Below are positions 1-9,901 of a DNA stretch of 64,000 bases, one piece after another. This DNA comes from an uncultured Verrucomicrobiae bacterium (GTDB lineage Bacteria; Chlamydiota; Chlamydiia; Chlamydiales; Rhabdochlamydiaceae). Position 1 is the stretch's first letter; each line of letters opens with the position of its first letter. The translations under genes and the position numbers were made by a program. The stretch covers positions 1-64,000 of the forward strand of contig CAWFUG010000009.1 in the NCBI GenBank assembly GCA_963818965.1, given 5' to 3'. A model generated the notes under the pieces. That model was not told the origin of the DNA. It saw only the letters and a list, made by a program, of their open reading frames with translations, and searched no databases.

Positions 1-21
1 TCAGATTTTAAGGATTGTGTA

Positions 22-813
22 ATGAGTCAGATGGTTTCTGCCCTTGCGGACTTAAAGGGCACGTTTTCTCAGTATTCCCTTTTTTGGCACCTGGGGTATC
101 TCGAGGTCAAGCAGCGCTACAGAAGATCGGTTTTGGGCCCTTGGTGGGTAAGCATCAGTCTTTCCATTTTTATCGGGATGATGGGGATCGTCTTTAGCCG
201 ACTATTCAATCAGAGTATTAGGGAGTATCTGCCTTTTTTTACGGCGGGATTCATCGCTTGGACCTTTTTGAGCAGTAGTGTGTTGGAAGGAACGGAAATT
301 TTTAAGGCAAATGTCGGATTTATCAAGCAGATCAACCTCCCCTACAACATTTACATTTTTAAGCACCTCGTGAAGCAGTTTATCTTTATGCTTCACAATT
401 TAGTCGTCTATGTCATCGTGGCGATTATTTTTCAGGTGCCGGTCACTCCTTATACTTTTCTCTTGATCCCAGGTTTGCTCCTTTTGATCCTCAATCTCTA
501 TTGGATCAGTTTGCTGATCGCCCTCGTTTGTTCCCGTTTTCGGGATATGGTCGCCATCGTCAACTCCTGTGTGCAGGTCGCTTTTTTTGTCACGCCGATC
601 TCTTGGATGCCCCGATTACTCGATGAACACTCGAAGATTTTAAAGTACAACCCTTTTGTCTATCTTATAGACATCGTGCGCGCTCCCTTGCTCGGGATGG
701 CTCCCTCGATGGCGAGTTGGATCTTTTGCACCGTGTTGTGCCTCGCAGGGTGTTATTTGAGTTTTTATCTCTTTTCTTCTGTGCGCTCGCGCATTCCATT
801 TTGGGTGGATTGA
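22..813 (+). CDS. wzm: ABC-2 type polysaccharide exporter permease (Wzm/RfbA family)
   Basis: 263 aa with multiple hydrophobic helices, RYRRSVLGPWW and FVTPISW...NPF motifs; 1 nt upstream of the ATPase gene. Confidence 0.92.
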   Translation: MSQMVSALADLKGTFSQYSLFWHLGYLEVKQRYRRSVLGPWWVSISLSIFIGMMGIVFSRLFNQSIREYLPFFTAGFIAWTFLSSSVLEGTEIFKANVGFIKQINLPYNIYIFKHLVKQFIFMLHNLVVYVIVAIIFQVPVTPYTFLLIPGLLLLILNLYWISLLIALVCSRFRDMVAIVNSCVQVAFFVTPISWMPRLLDEHSKILKYNPFVYLIDIVRAPLLGMAPSMASWIFCTVLCLAGCYLSFYLFSSVRSRIPFWVD

Positions 814-814
814 T

Positions 815-1582
815 ATGGCTTTTATCAAATTAGAAGATGTCTCACTGGTTTATCCTATCTACGGCACGAATGCCCGTTCGTTTAAAACGACGGTGCTGAA
901 TCTTGCAACGGGAGGAAGGCTGGATCAAAGCTGCAAGCGGATGCAGGTCGAGGCGCTCAAAGGGATCACTTTTTCTTTACAGAAAGGGGATCGCCTGGCG
1001 TTAGTCGGACATAATGGGGCGGGAAAATCCTCCTTGCTCAAAGTGTTAGCTCAAATCTATGAACCCACGAGTGGAGTGGTACAGGTGAAAGGGAGGATGA
1101 ACTGCCTCTTTGATATCATGATGGGGATGGATCTCGAGCTCAATGGGTATGAGAATATCAAACTCAGAGGGAAGATTTTGGGACTCTCTGCAGCGGAGAT
1201 CGCAAGAGTAACGACTCAGGTCGAAGAGTTCGCAGAACTCGGAGATTTTCTCAAAATGCCCGTTAAGACGTATTCCTCCGGAATGGGTGTGCGCCTTGCG
1301 TTTGGAATCATTGTCCACCTCTTTTCAGAGATTTTACTCATCGATGAGGTTGTGGGTGTCGGCGATGAGCGGTTCATGAAAAAAGCGCACGCTTGTATGG
1401 AAAATTTAGTCCATCAATCGGAGATCATGGTCTTCTCTTCTCACAATCAACAGGTCATCCGAGAGTTTTGCAATAAAGCAATACTCATCAAGCATGGAAT
1501 GATCCAGTGCATGGGCTCTGTCGATGAGGTCCTAGAAGAATATTCTAAAAACGCGCAAGACTCTTCAGAACCTCAAGGCTAA
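815..1582 (+). CDS. wzt: Polysaccharide ABC exporter ATP-binding protein (Wzt), short form without C-terminal carbohydrate-binding domain
   Basis: Walker A GHNGAGKS, signature YSSGM, Walker B ILLIDE, VGDERF motif; 255 aa. Confidence 0.92.
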   Translation: MAFIKLEDVSLVYPIYGTNARSFKTTVLNLATGGRLDQSCKRMQVEALKGITFSLQKGDRLALVGHNGAGKSSLLKVLAQIYEPTSGVVQVKGRMNCLFDIMMGMDLELNGYENIKLRGKILGLSAAEIARVTTQVEEFAELGDFLKMPVKTYSSGMGVRLAFGIIVHLFSEILLIDEVVGVGDERFMKKAHACMENLVHQSEIMVFSSHNQQVIREFCNKAILIKHGMIQCMGSVDEVLEEYSKNAQDSSEPQG

Positions 1583-1915
1583 TTGGGGAATTTTTACCAC
1601 AGAGAAGGGAAACCACAGAGAGGAAATTCAGAGAGAAAAGTTTCTTCTCTGTTTTTCCTGCTCTGTGGTGAAATTCCGCTAACGCGCAAGACTCTTCAGA
1701 ACCTCAAGGCTAATTGGGGAGTTTTTACCACAGAGAAGGGAAACCACAGAGAGGAAATTCAGAGAGAAAAGTTTCTTCTCTGTTTTTCCTGCTCTGTGGT
1801 GAAATTCCGCTAACGCGCAAGACTCTTCAGAACCTCAAGGCTAATTGGGGAGTTTTTACCACAGAGAAGGGAAACCACAGAGAGAAAAGTTTCTGCTCTG
1901 TGGTGAAATTTCGCT
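1550..1915. repeat. 131-bp tandem repeat (2 full copies + 1 internally deleted) containing the last wzt codons and an ACCACAGAG/CTCTGTGGT hairpin
   Basis: AACGCGCAAGACTCTTCAGAACCTCAAGGCTAATTGGGGA starts at 1550, 1681 and 1812. Confidence 0.95.
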
Positions 1916-2908
1916 CTATTTGTAGGAGCTCGAGTGGATTTTCTGGTCTAGAAGGGAGAGCTCTTCGAACTTGTGTTCGCTGATCGATTTGTCTGCATAG
2001 AACCAGCGCGTCTCTTTTTCGCCATTGATGTAGAGGTTAGTGGGGCCGTGTTTCTGATCGTTTTCCCACGTGATTTCTTGGGAGAGGATTTCCCCATCGA
2101 TATAGTGGCGCTCCGTGCCGTTCTTCTGGCCGTAGAGGTAGGAGGTTTCTAGGTAGCGATTGCCGTTTTCGAAGTAGGTCGCTTTTCCGTGGAGTTCTCC
2201 ATTAACCCATTCTTCGATCGAGAGGGGTTCTCCCGTTAAAGCAAAGCATTTTTTTTCTCCATGGAGGACGTTCCGGTGGTAAAAGGCGATCGTCTCTGGG
2301 GTGCCGTTGGAGTAGAAGGTTTCTTTTTTGAGCGAGTAGCCCTGTTCGACCATTTCGCGGGCGAGGAGGGTTCCCTCTCTAGCCCTTTGGAATTTAGTGC
2401 CAGCTCCCTTTTCTACGCGCGATTCGATCTCATTATTTAGAGAAAAATACTGTCCTTCGAGCAGCTCTTCACCTGCATACTCTTCGACGAGCATAGGAGA
2501 GCCTTCGTGGTACCACATCGAGATGCAGTAGCGTGTGGGAGAGAGTTGGATCCACTCTTTAATGGGTGTTCCTGTCGCGTCATATTGGATCTCTTTGACT
2601 TTTTCCCCTTGGTTGTAGAGGGTGTAAAATTCGACCGTTTGGCTGTGGGGATAGGTAGCTGTCATCGATCCATGGAGTAGCCCTGCTTCGTAAGTGCTCG
2701 TTACAGTCGATCCATCTGCGAGAAGTGTGATGACTTGTCCGGGGTAGTCTTTTGCTTGCCATTCTGCCTTTGTCAGCGCGTAGCCGTATTTGTGAACGTA
2801 GCGTTCTGAAACGACGTTATCCGTGTCTTGGGTGTTGTGACAGCCCGTAAGGGAGAGAGCGACGAGGCTGAACGTGAGGGTGATGGGTTTTTGCAATAGA
2901 AATTTCAT
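1916..2908 (-). CDS. MORN-variant repeat (YwqK-like) lipoprotein
   Basis: Lipobox-like LSLTGC at N-terminus; repeated YxxGxLHG / YFENG motifs; directly downstream of pheT. Confidence 0.8.
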   Translation of the reverse strand: MKFLLQKPITLTFSLVALSLTGCHNTQDTDNVVSERYVHKYGYALTKAEWQAKDYPGQVITLLADGSTVTSTYEAGLLHGSMTATYPHSQTVEFYTLYNQGEKVKEIQYDATGTPIKEWIQLSPTRYCISMWYHEGSPMLVEEYAGEELLEGQYFSLNNEIESRVEKGAGTKFQRAREGTLLAREMVEQGYSLKKETFYSNGTPETIAFYHRNVLHGEKKCFALTGEPLSIEEWVNGELHGKATYFENGNRYLETSYLYGQKNGTERHYIDGEILSQEITWENDQKHGPTNLYINGEKETRWFYADKSISEHKFEELSLLDQKIHSSSYK

Positions 2909-2972
2909 AAGGGACCTATTTTTTTAATCTTTCTTAATCTCGACTTTGCAACTTTTTGCGAATGTTTTTCAC

Positions 2973-5375
2973 TCATTTTACCAGAAGCTGCAAATTCGAG
3001 ATAATCATCTGAAGGATGCGGCTATGTTCTCGTTCGACAGTTTCATGGGCGATGGTTTTTTCGAGATCGCGGTAGAAGAAGCGAAATGTCGCGTTCTTCT
3101 TATCTTTGCCGATTTGCTCACTTTTGTAAAGATCCAAAAGGAGGACGTTTTTCAGAAGACGTGTCGGAATCGAACGGGCGGCATCCAATACAGATCCGAC
3201 GGGAGTGTGTTCATCGAGTGTTACGGTCCAATCCCGCTCAGAGCCGGGGAATTGAGGGATGGGACGAGTGGTGTGCTTTTTGGCGAGGTACGGCATCAGC
3301 GCTTCTAGATTGAGTTCTGCGTAGTAGACCTTTTGCGCAATGCCGCTTTTTAGAACGTGATCGGGATGCACTTCGCCCAGTGAGCCGATGACGCTCTCTT
3401 CTATTTTTAAACGCCCTTGCCTACCTGGGTGGAAGTTGTGCAGGTGGGAGATCTCGAGGGTGACGATTTCGAGATGTAGGCTGGATAAAAAATCGAGGAC
3501 CATCCCCTTGAGATCGAAGAAATCGAATTCTTTGGGTTTCAGATCCCAGTGGTAGGGACGAGAGGCTCCTGTTAAGATGATCCCAACTGTCGCGGGTTCA
3601 GCGTAGCGGTCTTTTTCTTTGAAGTGGATCCGCCCCACTTCAAAACCTGCAATCGCCTCATTGCCGTGGTCGCAGTTGTATTTGACGACTTGAAGCAGTC
3701 CCGGCAGCAGGGACGCGCGCAGCACCGACTGGTCGATGGAGCTAGGGTGGAGCACGGAGATCATGGCGTCTTGTTTGAGCGTGCTTTCAAAGCTCAGCGC
3801 GGCCTGATCGGGGTGGATGAGATCGCAAGTGAGCATCTCTTGGAGCCCGAGTTTCAAAAGCTGTTGCCGCGCTCGGTTTTCTAGGGTGTAAAGAGGGGTG
3901 TGGAAGAGAGGCGAGCTCACGTGGCGGGGGAGAATTTTTGGCAATAAATTATATCCATAGAGGCGCGCGATCTCTTCGATGAGATCGATCTCCTCTTTGA
4001 TATCATTGCGGTATGTGGGGACAGCGACGAGAAATTGATTACCGCTCTCTTCGAGGATTTCCATTTCTAAACGGGAGAGGAGTCCTGTCATTTCGCTCTC
4101 GCTCAAATGGGTGCCGAGGATCTGGTTGACGCGCTCGGGACGGCAGGCGATCTTTTTAGGTGTGAACGGGTGGGAGGCGCGATCGATCACTCCTTTTGCG
4201 ACTTTGGCTCCTGCGTATTGCTGGAGCAAGGAGGCGGCGAGATCGAGGGCTGCAAAGAGGGCATTGGGATCGGTTCCCTTTTCAAAGTGCTGCGCGGCTT
4301 CTGATTTTAGGCCGAGGAGTTTGCTCGTTTGGCGGATCCCTACCGGTGTGAAGTGGGCGGCTTCGATGAGGATGCGCTGCGTCTTTTCCGTCACCCCTGA
4401 GTTCTTTCCGCCCATGATACCGGCGATGGCAAGGGGTTTCTCTGCATCGCAGATGAGTAGAGCTGAAGGGGGGAGTGCGCGGAGTGTTCCATCGAGTGTC
4501 TCTAGTTCTTTAAATTCTGTTTCTGCGGTGACGATGATGCTGTGATCGGCGATGGTGTCGAGATCGAAAAGGTGCAAGGGTTGTCCGAGCAGTAGCATCA
4601 CTAAATTGCCGCAATCGACGACGTTGTTGATGCTCTGCATCCCGCAGGCTTCCACTTGTCTTTTCAAACTCTCTGGAGAGGGACCGACTTGCACATCTGT
4701 GACGATGCGGCAGGCGTAACGGGGAGCCCTTCTTTGGTCGATCACTTGCACGCGCACCCCTTTCTCGATCGGCTCGCCCTCCTCTTTCAAGACGATAGGA
4801 GTGGATTTTAGGGGGAGGTTCAGCAGGGCGGAGAGGTCTCTTGCGATGCCGTAAATGCTAAAGGCATGGCCGAGATTGGGCGTCAAGGAGACATCGAAGA
4901 CAGTGTGTGTGTGCAGCTCTCTGAGATCGATGCCGACTGCCATCTCTTCGGGGAATTCTAAAATCCCCTCATCAGAGGTGCCGATTTTTAATTCTAAAGC
5001 GGAGCAGAGCATCCCGTTGGACTCGATGTCGCGGAATTTGCTCTTTTTGATTTTGAAGGGTTTGTCCTGTTCATCCATGAGCACGGCGCCGATTTTAGCG
5101 AGCGCTGTCTTGATCCCTGCGCGGCAGTTGGGGGCTCCACAGACGATTTGGAGGGTCTCTGTGCCATCGAATACGGTAGCGATGCTGAGGTGGTCGGCAT
5201 GGGGATGGGGCTTTGAATCGATGACCTGTGCGACGACGACGCCAGTAAAGCTCGGTCCGATTCTGTCGATGCTTTCGACTTCGATACCGCCTAGAGTGAG
5301 TGTTTTTGCGATCTCCTCTAGGGAGAGGTGTTTGAGGTCTAAGTAATTATTTAACAAAGAGAGAGGGACTTTCAT
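2973..5375 (-). CDS. pheT: Phenylalanine--tRNA ligase beta subunit
   Basis: 800 aa from MKVPLS; HPHAD..L, IVCGAPN, SNGMLCS, TPNLG, DLIEEIARLYGY, C-terminal FP..ERD anticodon-binding domain. Confidence 0.98.
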   Translation of the reverse strand: MKVPLSLLNNYLDLKHLSLEEIAKTLTLGGIEVESIDRIGPSFTGVVVAQVIDSKPHPHADHLSIATVFDGTETLQIVCGAPNCRAGIKTALAKIGAVLMDEQDKPFKIKKSKFRDIESNGMLCSALELKIGTSDEGILEFPEEMAVGIDLRELHTHTVFDVSLTPNLGHAFSIYGIARDLSALLNLPLKSTPIVLKEEGEPIEKGVRVQVIDQRRAPRYACRIVTDVQVGPSPESLKRQVEACGMQSINNVVDCGNLVMLLLGQPLHLFDLDTIADHSIIVTAETEFKELETLDGTLRALPPSALLICDAEKPLAIAGIMGGKNSGVTEKTQRILIEAAHFTPVGIRQTSKLLGLKSEAAQHFEKGTDPNALFAALDLAASLLQQYAGAKVAKGVIDRASHPFTPKKIACRPERVNQILGTHLSESEMTGLLSRLEMEILEESGNQFLVAVPTYRNDIKEEIDLIEEIARLYGYNLLPKILPRHVSSPLFHTPLYTLENRARQQLLKLGLQEMLTCDLIHPDQAALSFESTLKQDAMISVLHPSSIDQSVLRASLLPGLLQVVKYNCDHGNEAIAGFEVGRIHFKEKDRYAEPATVGIILTGASRPYHWDLKPKEFDFFDLKGMVLDFLSSLHLEIVTLEISHLHNFHPGRQGRLKIEESVIGSLGEVHPDHVLKSGIAQKVYYAELNLEALMPYLAKKHTTRPIPQFPGSERDWTVTLDEHTPVGSVLDAARSIPTRLLKNVLLLDLYKSEQIGKDKKNATFRFFYRDLEKTIAHETVEREHSRILQMIISNLQLLVK

Positions 5376-5451
5376 AAAACGGCAAAAGTAATTAAGATGT
5401 GCAAAAATGAAAGTGTACCCCATTTTCTCAAATCTTGGGAAAGGAAAAATC

Positions 5452-6663
5452 ATGGCACAAAACCCTTTAGAAAATCCTTGGATTCGGCGCACGCGGTGGT
5501 TAACGCAGGCTTTTTTGATCAGCGGGATGCTCAATATCGGTTTTGCCGCTACTTTTGCTTATCTCGCCTTGAAGGGGCAGCAGGGAAACCCTATTTCTCT
5601 AGAGGCTCCGGCGCCCGTTCTCTCGACGAACCAAGAGGTTTTAGAGAAGTACTCGCAACTCTCTCAGGAAGAGCTCTTTTTACACTTGGAAAACGATGAG
5701 CCCCTCGAAGAGGGACTGACGCGGCGAGATCTCGCGCTCGCATCCTTAAGCGCTTTTCACCATTTTCACGTCGACCGCGCCCTAGGGTGGGCTCCCTTAC
5801 AAAAAAGGGCGCTCTCTTTTTCCCATCTCGATGAGGCGATGACGATCCCGGTTTTTGCTGGGTTGGGCTCTGAGCAGTTCAATGCGATCCTCCACTATGC
5901 CAAAACGGAGAAATGGCCGTTGACTGCACGGGGTCTTTTTTTTGAGATCCAGCGCTCTTTTCCAAAAAAAGACCCGGCATTATGGGGTGCCTTTTTTTTA
6001 ACTCAGGAGTATCAAGCGATCGAGACGCTCCTGACGAAGACGGGGGTGAATGGGACGACGGAAGAGATCGTCGATTTAATCGGGGAAGGGGATTGGCAGC
6101 TATTGAGTGATTCGGTGCAAAAGGTGCGCGCCGAACCTTCTCTTGCAGCGGATCACAGGCGGGCGTTTTTGCTCAACTACTGTTCCCACCGCTCCAAGAC
6201 TGCGGCAAAATTGCTCCTCGCTTCCGATCTCGATTTCATCTTGAAACGACTCGATGACGCGCGTGTTCTTGCCCTTTTAGAACTTTACCCTGAAAATGAT
6301 TCTCTCATTGAGCGGTTTGCCAAAGATCTCATCGCTTCCCCGCGCACGGATGCTGTGTGGAAACGCGCGGCACTGACACTTTATGCTATCGCCCGAGAGG
6401 CGCCTCCAGAGCCTTATGACCACGCTCTGGTTTTAAAGCGCTTTTTCCCTCAAGCGCCCCCTTTAGAGGCTCAGATCATAGCAGATGCAAAGCCAGCGCT
6501 CTCTGCAGCCATAACGCCGAAGATCCACGTCGTCCAATCGGGAGATAACCTGTGGAAAATCGCAAAGAAATACCAGGTTAGCATCAAAGAGATCATGCGG
6601 ATCAATCATTTAGAGACAGAAAAGCTCCGTCCTGGTAAAAAACTCGAAATCCCCAATAACTGA
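5452..6663 (+). CDS. Membrane-anchored LysM domain protein
   Basis: N-terminal TM helix; C-terminal HVVQSGDNLWKIAKKY...LRPGKKLEIP LysM motif; AAGGA RBS before ATG 5452; divergent from pheT. Confidence 0.9.
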   Translation: MAQNPLENPWIRRTRWLTQAFLISGMLNIGFAATFAYLALKGQQGNPISLEAPAPVLSTNQEVLEKYSQLSQEELFLHLENDEPLEEGLTRRDLALASLSAFHHFHVDRALGWAPLQKRALSFSHLDEAMTIPVFAGLGSEQFNAILHYAKTEKWPLTARGLFFEIQRSFPKKDPALWGAFFLTQEYQAIETLLTKTGVNGTTEEIVDLIGEGDWQLLSDSVQKVRAEPSLAADHRRAFLLNYCSHRSKTAAKLLLASDLDFILKRLDDARVLALLELYPENDSLIERFAKDLIASPRTDAVWKRAALTLYAIAREAPPEPYDHALVLKRFFPQAPPLEAQIIADAKPALSAAITPKIHVVQSGDNLWKIAKKYQVSIKEIMRINHLETEKLRPGKKLEIPNN

Positions 6664-6741
6664 TCTCGAATCGCAGAGGTTTCTCGCTTCCTAATACAAG
6701 TTGTTTTCGAGAGTGGGTGTCCGTTATTTTCGAGAATTGTT

Positions 6742-7737
6742 ATGAACATCACTTTTAGTCCTTTTGCCCCCCAGTGTGCGATAAAATCCATGCCAGTGCA
6801 TGCGGCAGTACAGGAGCCGAGGGAGAGTTTTATCGATGCTCTTTGCTACTGCGAGATTTTCAAAAAATTTCACTGTTTTGAACCCGATCCCAGAGCATCG
6901 AAATTTGAAGAGATTTTGAGAGAGAGCTTTTTCGCAATGGAGAACTTGAGAGAGAAGTACTGGATTTGGGATCAGTTCAAAAGGGTAGATGTCGAGGAGT
7001 GTTTGACAGGCATCGGGAAAAAGATCTCTGATTGGGTTGAAAGGGATTTTCCAGAAGAGGCTTCCCAAATCGCAATGCCTCTATTTGATTTGAGTCCAGA
7101 AGATCAGCAGTCTGAGCGGATCTTTGCACCTCAGCTCATTAAGCGGGTAGAAGAACTGTGGACAAAGACGCTTGAAGCGATCGGTAGACCTCTTTCTTGT
7201 GTGATTGTGGATCCTAAATTCCAACTGCAATACAGAGATTCCGTAACGGGTCAGATGCGAAGAGAAGCGCCTCATCGGATGGATTGTCTACACTATGCTT
7301 TTTATAAACTGCGCGAAGAAAATGTGAAGAATGTCCTTTTCGAAAGAGAGTCTGGTTCAATTCTCGGCCATTCCACGAGTCGTTCTGCGCAGATTCTGCG
7401 TGCTCTCGGTTACAAAATGGTCTCTCGACCGAAAAAAAACGATATCGTCCTCTACCTCGACAAAGACATGCGGTTCGTTCATGCAGCCGTCATGGTCGAT
7501 CCTGATGAGCTCATTGTAGAAGAGAAGTGGGGGCTGCATGTGCAAATCCTCGAAGCACCCCTCCCTTTTGTCTCAGAAGAATACGGCTGTTACGCTCTGT
7601 TCGTAAGAAAGATCGGTGGGGTGAATGTCGAAGTGCCCTGGGTTCTCGATCCCCCAGGAATTTCGGGATGCGAGAGAGCTGACGAGTCTGAAGAGTTGGA
7701 GCTGCCCGATCTAGAGGCAGAAGAACCTATTTTCTGA
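6742..7737 (+). CDS. Hypothetical protein, possible papain-like Cys/His C-terminal domain
   Basis: 331 aa ORF; DCLHYAF...DIVLY...HAAV...EKWG...YG pattern; acidic tail. Confidence 0.65.
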   Translation: MNITFSPFAPQCAIKSMPVHAAVQEPRESFIDALCYCEIFKKFHCFEPDPRASKFEEILRESFFAMENLREKYWIWDQFKRVDVEECLTGIGKKISDWVERDFPEEASQIAMPLFDLSPEDQQSERIFAPQLIKRVEELWTKTLEAIGRPLSCVIVDPKFQLQYRDSVTGQMRREAPHRMDCLHYAFYKLREENVKNVLFERESGSILGHSTSRSAQILRALGYKMVSRPKKNDIVLYLDKDMRFVHAAVMVDPDELIVEEKWGLHVQILEAPLPFVSEEYGCYALFVRKIGGVNVEVPWVLDPPGISGCERADESEELELPDLEAEEPIF

Positions 7738-7755
7738 ATTTTCTTTTTTTCCTTC

Positions 7756-7824
7756 TTCTCTCTGTGGTTTCCCCTCTCTGTGGTGAAAAAATATTACCAC
7801 AGAGAGGGGAAACCACAGAGAGAA
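7756..7824. repeat. REP-like palindrome of the ACCACAGAG family
   Basis: TTCTCTCTGTGGTTTCCCCTCTCTGTGGT-loop-ACCACAGAGAGGGGAAACCACAGAGAGAA; same core as the 1550-1915 repeat. Confidence 0.9.
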
Positions 7825-7831
7825 AGGGGTG

Positions 7832-8001
7832 TATACCCCTTCCACCTCAATCGTACCCAAGAAAACCGAATGAAAAGTTCTCAAATTTCGAATCAAAGGG
7901 AGGGGGTAATATTGAATTAATATTAACCCCCTCCCTTTGATTCGAAATTTGAGGCTTTTAATCGGTTTGCTTGTGGTTACGATTGAGGTGGAAGGGGTAT
8001 A
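7832..8001. mobile_element. TATACC...GGTATA palindromic miniature element (MITE/ERIC-like), 170 bp
   Basis: Terminal IR TATACCCCTTCCACCTCAATCGTA / TACGATTGAGGTGGAAGGGGTATA with internal hairpin; lies between convergent genes. Confidence 0.8.
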
Positions 8002-8026
8002 TATAGGGAAAAAGCTTTTGGATTCT

Positions 8027-8056
8027 CAAGGGACCCATCTGCGGATGGGTCCCTTG
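8027..8056 (-). terminator. Hairpin downstream of oppA
   Basis: CAAGGGACCCATC-TGCG-GATGGGTCCCTTG perfect stem ~10 nt after the oppA stop; U-tract weak. Confidence 0.5.
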
Positions 8057-8065
8057 GGGGTTCGC

Positions 8066-9643
8066 TTATTCCTTCTTAGCGAAATAGGCTTTTGTGAAAA
8101 AGACATCTCCGATAGGAGTGATGTGCAGATTCTTGAGAGAGGGATTAGAGAGGTAGGGGCGGCTGAAGTGGAAAAGGGGGATTACTGGCATTTCTTCGAT
8201 GAAGAGCATTTCCGCCTTTGCTAAGAGTTCTTGACGGGTCTTTTCGCGGGATTCAGACAGATAGGCATCGAGTAGGCGCGTGTATTCTTTATTTTCCCAG
8301 CCGGGATAGTTCTTCAGGAGATCTTTCGAACGGTAGCGATCGAGGATGTCCATTGGGCTGTTGTAATGGACCATCCAGTAGATGAGTCCCATTTGAAAAT
8401 CTCGTTTGCGTAAGCCGCTGACGAAGGTTTTGAGTTCAGAGGCTTCGAGAGTGACTGTGATGCCGAGGACGTCTTGCCATTGGCGTTGGAGCGCCTGGGC
8501 GAGTCGATGAGCGACTTCTGCATTCTCATACTTGAAGGTGATTTTCAATTCCTCAGGCTTCATTTTGAGTTCTTTGAGCGCTTTTTTGAGATAACGCTTC
8601 GCCACATCTCGATTTCCATCGGGAAATAAGCAGCTCTGTTGGTGATTTCTGAATACGGAGGCGATCATATTGGTCGCGACTTCATCTTCTGAAAGAGTGA
8701 CGTGATCGATCAAATCGCGCCGGTTTGTGGCAATGGCAAATGCTTTTCTCAAGTTCAGATTGTCAAAGGGAAATACGTGTGCGTTGAGTGCGCAGTAGCG
8801 GGTCCCTCCGTAGGCGACGGTTTGCATCTGGTATTTTTTCTTGAGATCTTCTAGTGCATCGAGCGGAAGTGGGGAGAAATCGCCGCCGATCCAGTCGAGC
8901 TTCCCTTGCTCGAATAGTTGGAGTGCGGTCGTCTCATTTTCGACCATCGATATGTGGATCTGATCGAGTTTCACAGATTCGGCATCCCGATAGTGGGGAT
9001 TTTTTTCGACTGTGATCGCATTGCAGTGAGCCCAAGAGGCTAGCTTGAAGGGTCCATTGACGACGAGCCGTTCTGTCGTTCCCCACTTTTCCCCTTGTTC
9101 GATACTGTGTTTTGGTACGGGAAAAAAGACAGAAGCTGCGATCAGGTCGAGAAAGAAGGGGACGGGTTTTTCGAGTTCAACGACAAAGGTGTAACGATCG
9201 GGAGCTCTTAAACCTAATTGATCGGGTGAGATCTCCTCGCGCGCTGCTTTCTCTGCGTTTTTAATCGGGTAGAGCAAGTTAGCGCAAGGGGCCATGGTTT
9301 TGGGATTCAATACCGATTTCCATGCATAGACGAAATCTTCTGCAGTCAAATCGACACCGTCTGACCACCGGGTCTTTTTTAAGTGGAATGTGTAGGTTTT
9401 GCCATCGTCCGATAGATTGACGCTATCAGCGAGTGCCAAAGAGACCTTGCCGTCTTCATCGACCTGCGTCAATCCTTCGAAGAGCATGCCGATCACAAAA
9501 GAGGCGTTGATATTATTGCTCGTGCGTGGGTCGAGGGTATCGGGATCACCTGCAATGTTGAGCCGCAAAACTTCTGTAGCCGGCGCGCTCGCGGCTAAAA
9601 GAGTGGAAAATGCTGTCATGAAAAAAACCAAACTTTTGATCAT
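8066..9643 (-). CDS. oppA: Oligopeptide ABC transporter substrate-binding protein (family 5)
   Basis: Signal peptide; PDTLDP, LFEGL, YTFHL..WSDG..TAEDF, NGPFKL, KNPHY motifs. Confidence 0.93.
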   Translation of the reverse strand: MIKSLVFFMTAFSTLLAASAPATEVLRLNIAGDPDTLDPRTSNNINASFVIGMLFEGLTQVDEDGKVSLALADSVNLSDDGKTYTFHLKKTRWSDGVDLTAEDFVYAWKSVLNPKTMAPCANLLYPIKNAEKAAREEISPDQLGLRAPDRYTFVVELEKPVPFFLDLIAASVFFPVPKHSIEQGEKWGTTERLVVNGPFKLASWAHCNAITVEKNPHYRDAESVKLDQIHISMVENETTALQLFEQGKLDWIGGDFSPLPLDALEDLKKKYQMQTVAYGGTRYCALNAHVFPFDNLNLRKAFAIATNRRDLIDHVTLSEDEVATNMIASVFRNHQQSCLFPDGNRDVAKRYLKKALKELKMKPEELKITFKYENAEVAHRLAQALQRQWQDVLGITVTLEASELKTFVSGLRKRDFQMGLIYWMVHYNSPMDILDRYRSKDLLKNYPGWENKEYTRLLDAYLSESREKTRQELLAKAEMLFIEEMPVIPLFHFSRPYLSNPSLKNLHITPIGDVFFTKAYFAKKE

Positions 9644-9717
9644 AAAAAACCTGGAGAAAAAACTTTGACGATTATAGTACCTAGACTGTAAAGTTTTTGT
9701 AAACCCTCTTCCGAACC

Positions 9718-9849
9718 TATACCCAAGTGAACTCAAAAGTTTCAGTCGATTTTCGATTCTTTCGGAAGGGGTATATACCCAAGTGGACTCAAAAGTTGGT
9801 CGTAGGACCGCGCGAACCTAAGGCTAACTTTTGAGTCCACTTGGGTATA
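9718..9849. mobile_element. Tandem/nested TATACC-family palindromic elements
   Basis: TATACCCAAGTG(A/G)ACTCAAAAGTT at 9718 and 9774, closed by AACTTTTGAGTCCACTTGGGTATA at 9849. Confidence 0.8.
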
Positions 9850-9901
9850 ATCTCGAAAATCGACGAAAAGTTTTACTGAGATATGTTCTCTGGCGGATTC
9901 C

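Noticed and set aside
1550..1915. Possible CRISPR array
   Set aside because: Units are near-identical 131-mers with no unique spacers, and no cas genes are present.
1583..1983. Short ORFs 1583-1813 and 1714-1983 (similarly 7711-7896, 7937-8224, 50910-51188)
   Set aside because: Translations of palindromic repeats with no independent coding evidence.
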